A stretch of 64,000 bases of DNA from Verrucomicrobiota bacterium (GTDB lineage Bacteria > Verrucomicrobiota > Lentisphaeria > Lentisphaerales > Lentisphaeraceae), in the NCBI GenBank assembly GCA_039798785.1, contig JBDKFG010000010.1:23733-87732 (forward strand), written 5' to 3'. The notes beneath the pieces are model-generated. The model saw only the letters and a program-made list of their open reading frames with translations, was not told where the DNA came from and made no database searches. The position numbers were made by a program, and so were the translations under genes. Below are positions 51,315-61,096 of the stretch, piece by piece (positions within the stretch are counted from its first letter, which is position 1; each line of letters begins with the position of its first letter).

Positions 51315-53252
51315 ATGGCTGACGACCGCGGCATCCCCGTCTTCAGCGCCCAGGACATCAGCCTGTCCTACGGCGGCGACAACATCCTCGACGGCCTCAA
51401 CCTCAACATGCACGAGGACGACCGCATCGGCCTGCTCGGACGCAACGGCTGCGGCAAGTCGTCGCTGCTCAAGATCATCGCCTCGGGCGTCGCCCCCTCC
51501 GGCATCCTCTCCTACCGCCGCGGCATGCGCCTCGGCGTCCTGCCCCAGGACTTCATGCTCGACGACTCCCGCAGCGTCATCGACAACATCCTCGACGGCG
51601 CCAAGGACATCGCCGCCATGCTCACCGAATACGAAGGGCTGCCGCACGACTCCGAACGCGCCCACGAGCTCGAGGACAGGCTCACCCGCCTCAAGGGCTG
51701 GGACCTGGAGGCGGAAGCCCGCAACCTCGTCCTCAACCTCGGCACCCCGCCCGCCGACGCCCTCGTAGCCCCCCTCTCCGGCGGCGAGAAGCGCCGCATC
51801 GCCCTCGCCAAGACTCTGATCTCCCAGCCCGACCTGCTCATCCTCGACGAACCGACCAACCACCTCGACTCCGAAACCATCGAGTGGCTCGAAGCGACCC
51901 TGCGTCAGTTCAAGGGCGCCATCCTGCTGGTCACCCACGACCGCTTCTTCCTCGACCGCGTCACCAACCGCATCGCCGAGCTCGACAAGGGCCGCCTCAC
52001 CTTCTTCGAGGGCAACTACTCATCCTACCTCGAGCAGAAGGCGGAGATGGACGCCGCCGCCGAAGTGGTCGAGCACAAGCGCCAGATGCACCTCAAGAAA
52101 GAGCTCGCCTGGGTGCGCGCCGGGGTCAAGGCCCGCGGCTGCAAGTCGAAGTCGCGCGTCGCCCGCTACCACGCCGAAGCCGCCGAAGAAGGCTTCACCG
52201 AGAAGCTCGACATCGACCTTGTCATCCCCAAGGCGCCGGTGATGGGCAACCGCACCGCCGAGCTCAAGAAGGTCAGCAAGGCCTACGGCGGCAAGTCGCT
52301 GTTCAAAGATCTCGAGATCGCCTTCGACCCGGACAAGCGCATCGGCGTCGTCGGCCGCAACGGCCTCGGCAAGTCGACCCTGCTCAAGATCATCCTCGGC
52401 GAGGTCCAGCCCGACACCGGCACGGTCGAGATCGGCCCGCGCACCGTCTTCAACTACATCGATCAGAACCGGCTCAACCTCAACCCCGACAACTCGGTGC
52501 TGCAGGAGCTGGCGGGAATGAACGACTGGGTCAAGCTCGGCGACGAGACCATCTCGGCCCGCGGCTACCTGCGCCGCTTCCTCTTCAGCGACGAGCGCAT
52601 CAACACCAAGGTCGGCCGCCTCTCCGGCGGCGAGAAGTCGCGCCTGCTGATGGCCAAGATCCTCAAGAACGGCGGCAACTTCCTCATCCTCGACGAACCG
52701 ACCAACGACCTCGATCTGCCCACGCTTCGCCTGCTCGAGGAGGCCCTCGTCGCCTTCGAGGGCTCGGTGCTGGTGATCTCGCACGACCGCTACTTCCTCA
52801 ATCGCGTCTGCCAGCAGATCGTCGCCTTCGAGGGCAACGGCGTCGTCGTCACCCAGGAAGGCGACTACGACTACTACCTCGAGAAGCGCCAGGAACGCCT
52901 CGCCGCCGCCAAGAAGGCGGCTGCGGCCCCCGCAAAAGCCGCCGCTCCCGCCGCTGCCGCCGCGCCCGCCCCTGTCCCCGCCGCCGCCGCCGCCGATCCC
53001 GCTGCAAAGGCCCCCGCCGCCCCGGCCCGCAAGCTCAAATGGGCGGAGCAGAAGGAGCTCGACACCATGGAGGCGAACATCGCCGCCGCCGAAGCCGCGG
53101 TCGAAGAGATCGAAGGCATCCTCGCCGACCCGACCACCTACATGACCCGTTCCAAGGAGATTCCCGAGCTCAAGGCCAAGCGCCAGGCCGCCTCCGAAAA
53201 GGTCGCCGCCCTCTACGCCCGCTGGGAAGAATTGGAAAAGCTCAAGGGGTGA
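51315..53252 (+). CDS. ABC-F family ATPase (Uup-like)
   Basis: Two ABC domains (GRNGCGKS/LSGGE/LDEPTNHLD; GRNGLGKS/LSGGE/LDEPTNDLD), no TM, C-terminal coiled coil ending LYARWEEL. Confidence 0.93.
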   Translation: MADDRGIPVFSAQDISLSYGGDNILDGLNLNMHEDDRIGLLGRNGCGKSSLLKIIASGVAPSGILSYRRGMRLGVLPQDFMLDDSRSVIDNILDGAKDIAAMLTEYEGLPHDSERAHELEDRLTRLKGWDLEAEARNLVLNLGTPPADALVAPLSGGEKRRIALAKTLISQPDLLILDEPTNHLDSETIEWLEATLRQFKGAILLVTHDRFFLDRVTNRIAELDKGRLTFFEGNYSSYLEQKAEMDAAAEVVEHKRQMHLKKELAWVRAGVKARGCKSKSRVARYHAEAAEEGFTEKLDIDLVIPKAPVMGNRTAELKKVSKAYGGKSLFKDLEIAFDPDKRIGVVGRNGLGKSTLLKIILGEVQPDTGTVEIGPRTVFNYIDQNRLNLNPDNSVLQELAGMNDWVKLGDETISARGYLRRFLFSDERINTKVGRLSGGEKSRLLMAKILKNGGNFLILDEPTNDLDLPTLRLLEEALVAFEGSVLVISHDRYFLNRVCQQIVAFEGNGVVVTQEGDYDYYLEKRQERLAAAKKAAAAPAKAAAPAAAAAPAPVPAAAAADPAAKAPAAPARKLKWAEQKELDTMEANIAAAEAAVEEIEGILADPTTYMTRSKEIPELKAKRQAASEKVAALYARWEELEKLKG

Positions 53253-53278
53253 GCTCTCTTCCTTCGTTCTGAGCTCAC

Positions 53279-53355
53279 GTTTGTAGCCCCGGCTTTAGCC
53301 GGTGAGCTTTTAGAGCTCCGCGAGCTCATAACCGGCTGAAGCCGGGGCTACAAAC
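53279..53355. repeat. GTAG-type REP doublet (inverted pair)
   Basis: GTTTGTAGCCCCGGCTTTAGCCGGT ... ACCGGCTGAAGCCGGGGCTACAAAC. Confidence 0.85.
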
Positions 53356-53452
53356 CATGAATGAGCGGATAGCGGCATTCCCAAACATCCGTCATTTGAG
53401 ATCCTCGAAGAAGGCTGTTGCTGGCTAGATTGAGCGCCAACAGGAACTCCAG

Positions 53453-54598
53453 ATGTCCGTGCTCAGGAAAATCGATCTCGACTTCTCCCGCCCCTCGAAG
53501 TGGGCGGGATGCGTGATCCCTTTCGGCCTGGCCTTCCTGCTGGCGGGCTCCGCCCTGATCTGGGAAATCCTGCTGCATCCCGGCCTGCAGAGACTGGTCA
53601 GTTCCTCCTGGACGGCAATCCCTTGCCAGATCGTCAGGAGCGAGCTGGTCAAGAAGCCTGGGCACGACTCCTGGATGATCGCCAGGCTCGTCTACGCCTA
53701 TGAGTTCAAGGGACGCAAGCTCTCGGGATCCAGAATCGACTTTCAATCAGAGCTCATCGGCTTGGGCGGGGCAGGTGAGGCCCAGAATCTGATCGCAGAA
53801 TACCCATTGGGCAAGAATACTGTCTGCTTCATCCATCCCGGCGATCCCTCCCAGGCCGTCCTGCGTCGGGATTGGGGGGCTGGCGCCAAGTGGTTCGTCG
53901 GAGGCTTCGGTTTCCTCATGGCCTTGGCAGGCTCAGCCGTGAGCATGCAAGGATTGCGTCCCTGGCGCTCCGTTCGTCGGAAGGAAAACCTGCCGCCAGT
54001 CCTCCTCCAGCCCGACCGCAAGTCGACGGGGACATGGCTCGCATGGTTGGCGGGCTGCCTGTTCTGGAACGGCATCCTCCTCGGACTCCTCATCTGTTGG
54101 ATCTTGAAGATCCGCGACCAGGGCTTCGCCTGGACCGACGCCCTGGCATTCCTCTTCGGAGCCTTCTTCTCCGTGATCGGCCTGGGTTTGCTTTTCGCCG
54201 CTATCGGAGCCAGCTGGGACTTCCTCCGCCCCGCCGTCAAGCTCCTGATCGAGAACGGCGCAGTGATCAAGACCGGCGAGCCGCTGCGGCTGCGCTGCAT
54301 CGATGTCCGGCAGCCCGTCCGGCTTGAGCTGATCTGCACCGAGAAGGCGATTTGGAACGACACGCGAAGCCACTCGGATGAAGAAGCGGAGGTGATGTCG
54401 ATCTCCGTCGGCGAGCTGAGCGACGACGGTGAACTGCGCTTTGACGTCCCGTTCGACCTGATGCCGAGCTTCAAGAGCCAATGCAACTTCATCACTTGGC
54501 GACTGCGCCTGCGCTCGCTTGAGGATGCTGAGAAGCCCGCGCTCGACGATTCCTACCCCGTTGAACTCATCCGGGGAGGCTCGCCATGCCCGAGCTGA
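53453..54598 (+). CDS. DUF3592-like membrane protein
   Basis: SWTAIPCQIVRSEL, YAYEFKG, CFIHPGDPSQAVL; 4 TM helices plus a C-terminal beta domain. Confidence 0.8.
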   Translation: MSVLRKIDLDFSRPSKWAGCVIPFGLAFLLAGSALIWEILLHPGLQRLVSSSWTAIPCQIVRSELVKKPGHDSWMIARLVYAYEFKGRKLSGSRIDFQSELIGLGGAGEAQNLIAEYPLGKNTVCFIHPGDPSQAVLRRDWGAGAKWFVGGFGFLMALAGSAVSMQGLRPWRSVRRKENLPPVLLQPDRKSTGTWLAWLAGCLFWNGILLGLLICWILKIRDQGFAWTDALAFLFGAFFSVIGLGLLFAAIGASWDFLRPAVKLLIENGAVIKTGEPLRLRCIDVRQPVRLELICTEKAIWNDTRSHSDEEAEVMSISVGELSDDGELRFDVPFDLMPSFKSQCNFITWRLRLRSLEDAEKPALDDSYPVELIRGGSPCPS

Positions 54599-54957
54599 GC
54601 CTGGTTCTGGAATCCTCGAGCTGTCTGCCCGGAGGGAACCTGCGGGGACGGATCAGCTGGGACTGCGCCAAGACGCCGCGCCGTCTGATCCTCGCCCTGA
54701 AGTGGCGGACCGAGGGGCGCGGCAATGCCGAATCCGGGTGCGTCGGCGAACTGCATCTGCCCTGCAGGGCCGCCAAAGGAGAGGCAGAGTTCGAGCTCGA
54801 GATCCCCCCGCGGATCCCGCCGAGCTACCGCGGACGTCTCGTCTCGATCCTCTGGCAGATCGAGGCCCGCGCCGACCTCGCCTTCGCCTTTGATTGCGAA
54901 ATCTCTCGTGACATCGATATCCTCGGGGTGGTCTCCCCGGAGCCGGGAGGTCGCTGA
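54586..54957 (+). CDS. Hypothetical beta-sandwich protein
   Basis: LKWRTEGRG, PPSYRGRLVSILW; similar to the C-terminus of the upstream gene (MPSFKSQCNFITW); overlapping start. Confidence 0.65.
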   Translation: MPELSLVLESSSCLPGGNLRGRISWDCAKTPRRLILALKWRTEGRGNAESGCVGELHLPCRAAKGEAEFELEIPPRIPPSYRGRLVSILWQIEARADLAFAFDCEISRDIDILGVVSPEPGGR

Positions 54958-55084
54958 CGAATTGCAGTTGGATTTCCCTGTCTCAGCGGCTGGCGCAACG
55001 GCGGGGAATGGGTTATCTTGGTCGACCTCCGGTCTGACCGGACTCAATTTCACGATAGAGAGAAAACCCAACAAGGAATCATCC

Positions 55085-56368
55085 ATGAGCAGCTTCAAAA
55101 TTGATGTCACCGCAGTCGAGTCCTGCCGTAAGAAGGTGCAAGTCACCGTTCCCGGCGCCGAAGTCAAGAAGTTCTACGACAAGGCCGTTGAAGCTTGCAA
55201 CGCCAGCGTCCGCCTTCCCGGCTTCCGTCCCGGCAAGGCTCCCCGCCAGATCCTGATGAAGAAGCACGGCGCCCAGATCGTCGACACCGTCCGCCGCCAG
55301 CTGCTCGACGAAGCCTTCAATCAGCTTGTCAAGGATGACGCCACCGCTCCGATCAGCGTTCCCGAACTTGATCTCCCCGAAGTCAGCGAGACCGCTGACT
55401 GCACCATGACCTTGACCTATGACGTCAGCCCGAGCTTCAACCTCCCCGACTACCGCAGCCTGAAGCTGGCCAAGAAGGCCTATGTCGAAGAAGCCGCCAA
55501 GGTGGAAAGCGCCTTGAACGACGTTGCTGAGCGTTTTGCCAGTCTCGCCAAAGTCGACCGTCCTGCCGCTGCCGGCGACTTCGTCAAAGTTGACTTCACC
55601 TCGAATCTTCCCGCCGAAGGAGCCGCCAAGGACATGGCTGCCGGCACCGGCCGCTGGTTCCCCATCAACGAGCGCTCCATCGTTCCCGGCCTCGCCGCCG
55701 CCCTGACCGGCAAAGCCGCCGGTGAAAAAGCCAGCTGGACCGCCGAATTCACCGCCGATTCCGCCATCCCCGAGCTCGCCGGCAAGTCGGCCCAGTTCGA
55801 AGCCACCCTGGTCGAAGTCCACGGCAAGAACGCCCCCGCCATCGACGACGAACTCGCCAAGAAGGCCGGCCTCACCACCGTCGCCGAACTCCGCGAGCGC
55901 GTCAGCGAGAACCTCAAGCGCGCCTTCGAAGGCGAAGAGACCGGACGCCTCAAGGAAGAGGCGCTCGACCAGCTCCTCGCCGGCTTCGAGTGCGCCCTGC
56001 CTCCCACCGTCCTGCGCAAAGAGATCGAGCGCAACTTCCACGCTCTTCAGCATCAGCACGGCCACGCCCATGACTGCAACACCCTTAACCCTGACGACGA
56101 CGCCAAGCTGAAAGAAGAAGCCACCGTCAAGGCTACCCGCGACCTCAAGGCCCGCTTCATCCTGAAGCGCATCGCCAAGCTCGAGAAAGTCACCGTCAGC
56201 CAGTACGAAGTCCAAATGCAGCTTTACATCATGGCCCAGCACTACGGCGTCAAGCCCGACGCCCTGGCTCAGCAGCTTCAGTCGACCAACTCGATGCAGG
56301 AATTCGTCGAACACGTCCAGGTCGACAAGGCTCTCGCCACCGTCGTCGAGCTCGCCACCAAGGCCTGA
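55085..56368 (+). CDS. tig: Trigger factor
   Basis: LPGFRPGKAP ribosome-binding motif; upstream of clpP-clpX. Confidence 0.94.
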   Translation: MSSFKIDVTAVESCRKKVQVTVPGAEVKKFYDKAVEACNASVRLPGFRPGKAPRQILMKKHGAQIVDTVRRQLLDEAFNQLVKDDATAPISVPELDLPEVSETADCTMTLTYDVSPSFNLPDYRSLKLAKKAYVEEAAKVESALNDVAERFASLAKVDRPAAAGDFVKVDFTSNLPAEGAAKDMAAGTGRWFPINERSIVPGLAAALTGKAAGEKASWTAEFTADSAIPELAGKSAQFEATLVEVHGKNAPAIDDELAKKAGLTTVAELRERVSENLKRAFEGEETGRLKEEALDQLLAGFECALPPTVLRKEIERNFHALQHQHGHAHDCNTLNPDDDAKLKEEATVKATRDLKARFILKRIAKLEKVTVSQYEVQMQLYIMAQHYGVKPDALAQQLQSTNSMQEFVEHVQVDKALATVVELATKA

Positions 56369-56401
56369 TTCCCTTCCTACACTGCATCCCGAGGTATCCC
56401 C

Positions 56402-56992
56402 ATGAGCTACTATGTCCCTATGGTCGTCGAGCAGACTGCTCACGGCGAGCGCGGCTACGACATCTACTCGCGCCTGCTCAAAGACCGCATCGTCATGCTC
56501 GGCTCGCAAGTCGACGACACGGTGGCGAACTCGATCGTCGCCCAGTTTCTCTTCCTCCAGGCTGAAGATCCGAAGAAGGACATCCAGTTCTTCATCAACT
56601 CTCCCGGCGGCTCGGTGACTGCCGGCATGATGATCTACGACACCATGCAGATCCTCTCCTGCGACGTCTCGACCATCTGCCTCGGCCAGGCGGCCTCGAT
56701 GGGTGCGGTCCTCCTTTGCGCCGGCGCCAAGGGCAAGCGCCACTGCCTGCCCAACTCGCGGGTCATGATCCATCAACCTTGGGGCGGAGCACAAGGCACC
56801 GCTTCCGACATCGCCATCCAGGCCGCCGAGATCCGCCGCCTGAAGAAGACTCTCAACGGGATCATCGCCAAACACACCGGCAAGGATCTTGCCGAGGTCG
56901 AACGCGACACCGACCGCGACTTCTTCATGGGGGCGGCAGAATCGATCGCCTACGGCATGGTCGACAAGGTCATGGAAAAGCGGTCCAGATAA
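56402..56992 (+). CDS. clpP: ATP-dependent Clp protease proteolytic subunit
   Basis: [32 protein letters not shown]. Confidence 0.98.
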   Translation: MSYYVPMVVEQTAHGERGYDIYSRLLKDRIVMLGSQVDDTVANSIVAQFLFLQAEDPKKDIQFFINSPGGSVTAGMMIYDTMQILSCDVSTICLGQAASMGAVLLCAGAKGKRHCLPNSRVMIHQPWGGAQGTASDIAIQAAEIRRLKKTLNGIIAKHTGKDLAEVERDTDRDFFMGAAESIAYGMVDKVMEKRSR

Positions 56993-56994
56993 GC

Positions 56995-58302
56995 ATGAGC
57001 CGTAAAAAGAAAGAGACTTCCTGCGCCTTCTGCACGCGGCCGGGCAGCGATGACTTGCAGATGATCGAGTCGCCCACCGGCGTTAGCATCTGCAAGGATT
57101 GCGTCGGCATCTGCAGCCGCCTGATGAATCCCGACGAAGCGCCGAAGATCCCCGCCACCGGCGCGGTCCAGGCCCGCGCCGGCATCCCCGGCGGCGCCAC
57201 CGGCAAGGTCCCCCAAATCAACCTGATGCCGCCCGAAAAGATCAAGAAACACCTCGATGATTACGTCGTCGGCCAGGACCGGGTCAAACGCATCCTCTCG
57301 GTCGCGGTCTACAACCACTTCAAACGGGTGGTCAACAACCTCGGCGGCAACGCCAGCGGCATCGAGATGGAAAAGTCCAACGTCCTCCTGATCGGCCCCA
57401 CCGGCTGCGGCAAGACCCTCCTCGCCCGGATGCTCGCCCGCATCCTCGACGTCCCCTTCTGCATCTGCGACGCCACCAGCCTCACCGAGGCCGGCTACGT
57501 CGGTGAAGATGTCGAAAACATCATCCTGCGCCTCCTCCAGGCCGCCGACTTCAACGTCGAACGGGCCCAGCACGGCATCATCTATGTCGACGAGATCGAT
57601 AAGATCGCCAAGAAGGGCGAGAACGTCTCGATCACCCGCGACGTCTCCGGCGAAGGGGTGCAGCAGGCCCTCCTCAAGATCGTCGAAGGCACCTTGTGCA
57701 ACGTCCCCCCCAAAGGCGGCCGCAAGCACCCAGGCCAGGAGTTCATCCAGGTCGACACCACCAACATCCTCTTCATCTGCTCGGGCGCCTTCGTCGGCCT
57801 CGACGAGAAGATCCGCAAACGTCTCGGCCGCCGCTCCATCGGCTTCGCCGGCACCGACGAGGGTCTGATGAAGGATGCGGAAACCGAAGCAGTGCTCAAA
57901 CTCTGCGAGACCGAAGACTTGATCAAGTTCGGCATGATCCCGGAATTCCTCGGGCGCCTGCCGGTCCACGCGGTTCTCGACAAGCTGACCGAAGACGACA
58001 TGATGCACATCCTCACCAGCATCAAGAACTCCCTCGTCGGCCAGTACGAAGAACTGATGCGACTCGAAGGCGTCAAGCTGCTCTTCGACGACGGCGGCAT
58101 GCGAGCCCTCGCCCGCCAGGCCATCGCCAAGAAGACCGGCGCCCGCGGCCTCCGCGCCATCCTCGAAAACCTGATGCTCGACATCATGTACGAGATCCCC
58201 GGACGGACCGACGTCGCCGAAGTCATCATCACCGCAGAATGCGTCGAGAAAGGCGAACGCCCGACCTTGACCCTGAAAAAGGGCAAAGCGGTCAAGAGCT
58301 GA
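56995..58302 (+). CDS. clpX: ATP-dependent Clp protease ATP-binding subunit ClpX
   Basis: CAFC..ICKDC zinc finger, [28 protein letters not shown] loop, TGARGLR. Confidence 0.98.
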   Translation: MSRKKKETSCAFCTRPGSDDLQMIESPTGVSICKDCVGICSRLMNPDEAPKIPATGAVQARAGIPGGATGKVPQINLMPPEKIKKHLDDYVVGQDRVKRILSVAVYNHFKRVVNNLGGNASGIEMEKSNVLLIGPTGCGKTLLARMLARILDVPFCICDATSLTEAGYVGEDVENIILRLLQAADFNVERAQHGIIYVDEIDKIAKKGENVSITRDVSGEGVQQALLKIVEGTLCNVPPKGGRKHPGQEFIQVDTTNILFICSGAFVGLDEKIRKRLGRRSIGFAGTDEGLMKDAETEAVLKLCETEDLIKFGMIPEFLGRLPVHAVLDKLTEDDMMHILTSIKNSLVGQYEELMRLEGVKLLFDDGGMRALARQAIAKKTGARGLRAILENLMLDIMYEIPGRTDVAEVIITAECVEKGERPTLTLKKGKAVKS

Positions 58303-58320
58303 TCGACTTGCGCAGAACGC

Positions 58321-58352
58321 AAAAAACCGCCGGGAAACCGGCGGTTTTTTTT
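58321..58352 (+). terminator. Rho-independent terminator after clpX (intron target)
   Basis: AAAAAACCGCCGG-GAAA-CCGGCGGTTTTTTTT. Confidence 0.9.
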
Positions 58353-58353
58353 G

Positions 58354-60145
58354 GTGCGCCGGGCATGGCGCTTATCCTATGGGGTGAAAGTCCCCTGTAT
58401 GCTTGCATGAGAGGAGTACGAGTCGGAGGCAAGGCGGACGCCGCGAGGCCAAGCTGAAGGAAGCCCGAGACAAAAGGTCAGGTGTTCTGTAAATTCGACG
58501 GAGCCCATCGGAAGGATAAGCGTCTTACCCCGGGAGATCCCGAGCGCTGCCGACGAGATCGGCAAGTCGTCCGTAAAGGGCGGCGGAAGCGCCCGGGAAG
58601 TCAGCCGAGGCCGTAGTAGTCCCGCCCCCCGGGACGAAGGGCCGAACCTAGAGAAGGAAACCCAAACCCAAGGACTCGCAGGAGATGGAGCGGCAGAAGC
58701 AGAAGACGGAGCGCGAGCCCGTCCCTGGCCGAGATCGGGAGGGGCGCGGCGGACCGCGTCTTGAAGATCCGGTGCCGCAAATTCCGGCGGCGTCCGCAGG
58801 TGGAAGAATCCCGAGCCTGCGCCTGATGGAATGGATCTGCGAAGAACAGAACCTCCTGCAGGCGTGGCGAAGAGTGAAAGCCAACAAGGGAGCGCCGGGG
58901 ATCGACGGGATGACCGTCGAAGAAGCGGACCTGTGGCTGATAGAAAACATCGGAGAAGTCAAGAGACGACTCCTCACAGGCGAATACCAAGCGACGGCGG
59001 TGCGGCGGGTGGAAATCCCCAAGCCCGACGGCAGCAAGCGCCTGCTGGGAATCCCGACGGTGATCGACCGTTTCGTGCAACAGGCAGTGCTAGGCCAGCT
59101 AGTCCCCTATATCGATCCCTTCTTCAGCGGATCGAGCTATGGATTCCGGCCTGGACGCAGCGCCCACCAAGCCCTCAAGGCGGCCAGCGGCTTCGTCGCC
59201 GCAGGACGTCGCATCGTGGTGGATATCGATCTGGAGAAGTTCTTCGACCGGGTCAACCACGACATCCTGATGGGACTGGTGGCGCAGCGCATCGCCGACA
59301 AGCGTGTCCTGAGGCTCATCCGCAGCTTCCTCGAAAGCGGCGTGATGATCAACGGCGTCTGCCATGAGACGGAGGAAGGGGCGCCGCAAGGCGGCCCGCT
59401 GTCGCCCTTCCTCGCCAACCTGATGCTCGACGAGCTCGACAAGGAACTTGAGCGCCGCGGCCACCGCTTTTGCCGCTACGCCGACGACTGCAACATTTAC
59501 GTGCAGACGAGGGCGGCGGGGGAGCGCGTCTACGCCTCGGTGACGGAGTTCCTTGAAGGTCGTCTCAAGCTGAAGGTGAACCGGGCGAAGAGTGCCGTGG
59601 CACCCGTGAGAGAACGGAAATTCCTCGGCTACAGGCTGCTGGCCCGCGGCACCTTGACGGTGGCGCCCAAGAGCCTGCAGAAGATGAAGAACCGCATCCG
59701 CGAGATCACCCGCAGGAACAAACCCATTCCCTTCGACAAACGCGTCAAGGCCCTGAACGACTATCTGCGCGGCTGGATCAACTACTTCCAGCTGGCGTCA
59801 GCCAAGAAGCACATGGGCGAGACGGGCGAATGGCTGCGGCGCAAGCTGCGCTGCGTCAAGTTGAAGGAATGGAAGCGCTCTTACACGATCGCCCGCAATC
59901 TCATGGCGTTGGGGATCGGAGAGCCCGACGCCTGGAAGCTGGCCGGATCGGGCAAAGGATGGTGGCGCATGGCCCTCACTTCCCAATCCCACCGGGCCCT
60001 TGACCTTGAGTGGTTCGCAAAACAAGGGCTGATTGATCCGCTGCAATACTACTCTTCCCGCTCGCAACCCTAGGAACCGCCGGATGCGATGAGCACGTCC
60101 GGTGGTGTGAGAGGGGGTGGGCCGCAAGGCTCCCCTCTACTCGAT
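58354..60145 (+). mobile_element. Group IIC intron, apparently full length
   Basis: 5' GTGCG right after a terminator; domain V GAACCGCCGGATGCG..CACGTCCGGTGGTGT with CGC triad; domain VI ending CTACTCGAT. Confidence 0.93.
58685..60073 (+). CDS. ltrA: Group II intron reverse transcriptase/maturase, no endonuclease domain
   Basis: NKGAPGIDG, RLLGIPTVIDR, SYGFRPGRS, DLEKFFD, PQGGPLSP, RYADD, GWINYF maturase motif; no HNH. Confidence 0.96.
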   Translation: MERQKQKTEREPVPGRDREGRGGPRLEDPVPQIPAASAGGRIPSLRLMEWICEEQNLLQAWRRVKANKGAPGIDGMTVEEADLWLIENIGEVKRRLLTGEYQATAVRRVEIPKPDGSKRLLGIPTVIDRFVQQAVLGQLVPYIDPFFSGSSYGFRPGRSAHQALKAASGFVAAGRRIVVDIDLEKFFDRVNHDILMGLVAQRIADKRVLRLIRSFLESGVMINGVCHETEEGAPQGGPLSPFLANLMLDELDKELERRGHRFCRYADDCNIYVQTRAAGERVYASVTEFLEGRLKLKVNRAKSAVAPVRERKFLGYRLLARGTLTVAPKSLQKMKNRIREITRRNKPIPFDKRVKALNDYLRGWINYFQLASAKKHMGETGEWLRRKLRCVKLKEWKRSYTIARNLMALGIGEPDAWKLAGSGKGWWRMALTSQSHRALDLEWFAKQGLIDPLQYYSSRSQP

Positions 60146-60286
60146 TGTCTTTTGTGTCCGCACACAACCTCCTTTTTTGATAGTTAATAGTCTTGCTTTG
60201 ACGGGCTGGCAAACCGCTTTGAAGTCAGGATTTCTTCTCAAAAGTCTATAGACTCGGGCGGAATGAAAACCCCTGAGGATATCGAC

Positions 60287-61057
60287 ATGAAGAAAACTGT
60301 GGCATTAGGTCTGGCTGCCGGACTGGGCGTGGCGGCATGCGCCGTCTGGTGGACATCCAGAAGCGGTGATGCAAAAATCGAGGCGGATCCCGTCCCCGCG
60401 AAGAATGCGCCGGGAAGCTATACTCCTGCAACACTCCGGCCCGGCTTCGAGGCTCTTGCCGTCGATCCTCTCGACCCCTGGAAGGGAGGCGGCTCTCCTC
60501 AAGCCAAGAAACCTGAAGACGATTACGGCCGGACGCCGGAGACCCCGGCGGATGTGCTCGATAATCCCCAGGCCAAGAGCAATCTCGAAGCCCTCAGCCA
60601 TCCCGCCCAATTCCCGCATCGACTCAGCCCGATGATCTCCGAGTCCGCCGCCTTCGACCTCCAGCGCTGGGAGCGGGATCCGGAGTACAAAAAGTTTTAC
60701 CTATCTGAGTGCGTCCCCTCACGCGCCCTCGGCGGCAATCCAGATCCGAAGGTTCCGGCGCTCCGCCGCGTCAGCGAAATCGCCCCCGTCGTCGAACAGG
60801 GTGGCAAAATCGAGCTGAAAGTCCACACCGCTCCCGGGGCGCCGGTGACCTTCCATAGCCCGGCACTCAACCGTCTCGAATCCGGACTCACCACTTGCAC
60901 CGTCGTCGCCGATGCCTCCGGCGAAGCCACCTGCACCATGAGCGGCGTCAGCGGCACCATCGGCAGCACCTTCGTCAGCGCCGCCAGCCCCTGCTCGAGT
61001 TCCTGCGTCGTCTTCCGCGTCGAAACCATCGCCAGCCGCGTCCCTGCGGCCAAATAA
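60287..61057 (+). CDS. Hypothetical exported/membrane-anchored protein upstream of the RHS gene
   Basis: MKKTVALGLAAGLGVAACAVWW anchor; C-terminal Ig-like beta segment (GAPVTF..TVVADASGEAT). Confidence 0.75.
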   Translation: MKKTVALGLAAGLGVAACAVWWTSRSGDAKIEADPVPAKNAPGSYTPATLRPGFEALAVDPLDPWKGGGSPQAKKPEDDYGRTPETPADVLDNPQAKSNLEALSHPAQFPHRLSPMISESAAFDLQRWERDPEYKKFYLSECVPSRALGGNPDPKVPALRRVSEIAPVVEQGGKIELKVHTAPGAPVTFHSPALNRLESGLTTCTVVADASGEATCTMSGVSGTIGSTFVSAASPCSSSCVVFRVETIASRVPAAK

Positions 61058-61096
61058 TTCCCCTCCCTTTCCAATCCAAACCCAACAGAGACCATC

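Noticed and set aside
50213..51358. 381-aa minus-strand ORF and 50763-51062 plus-strand ORF
   Set aside because: Both overlap better-supported genes (cutA; the minus-strand ORF also the 50309 gene) and have low-information Arg/Pro/Gly-rich translations.
58685..60073. Retron, DGR or defence-associated reverse transcriptase
   Set aside because: The maturase motif, GTGCG 5' end, DV/DVI and terminator target identify a group IIC intron. I saw no template/variable repeat pair.
60201..60240. c-di-GMP-I riboswitch (GGCAAACC) upstream of the RHS locus
   Set aside because: It lacks the GNRA-capped P2 and the GACGCAAA continuation.
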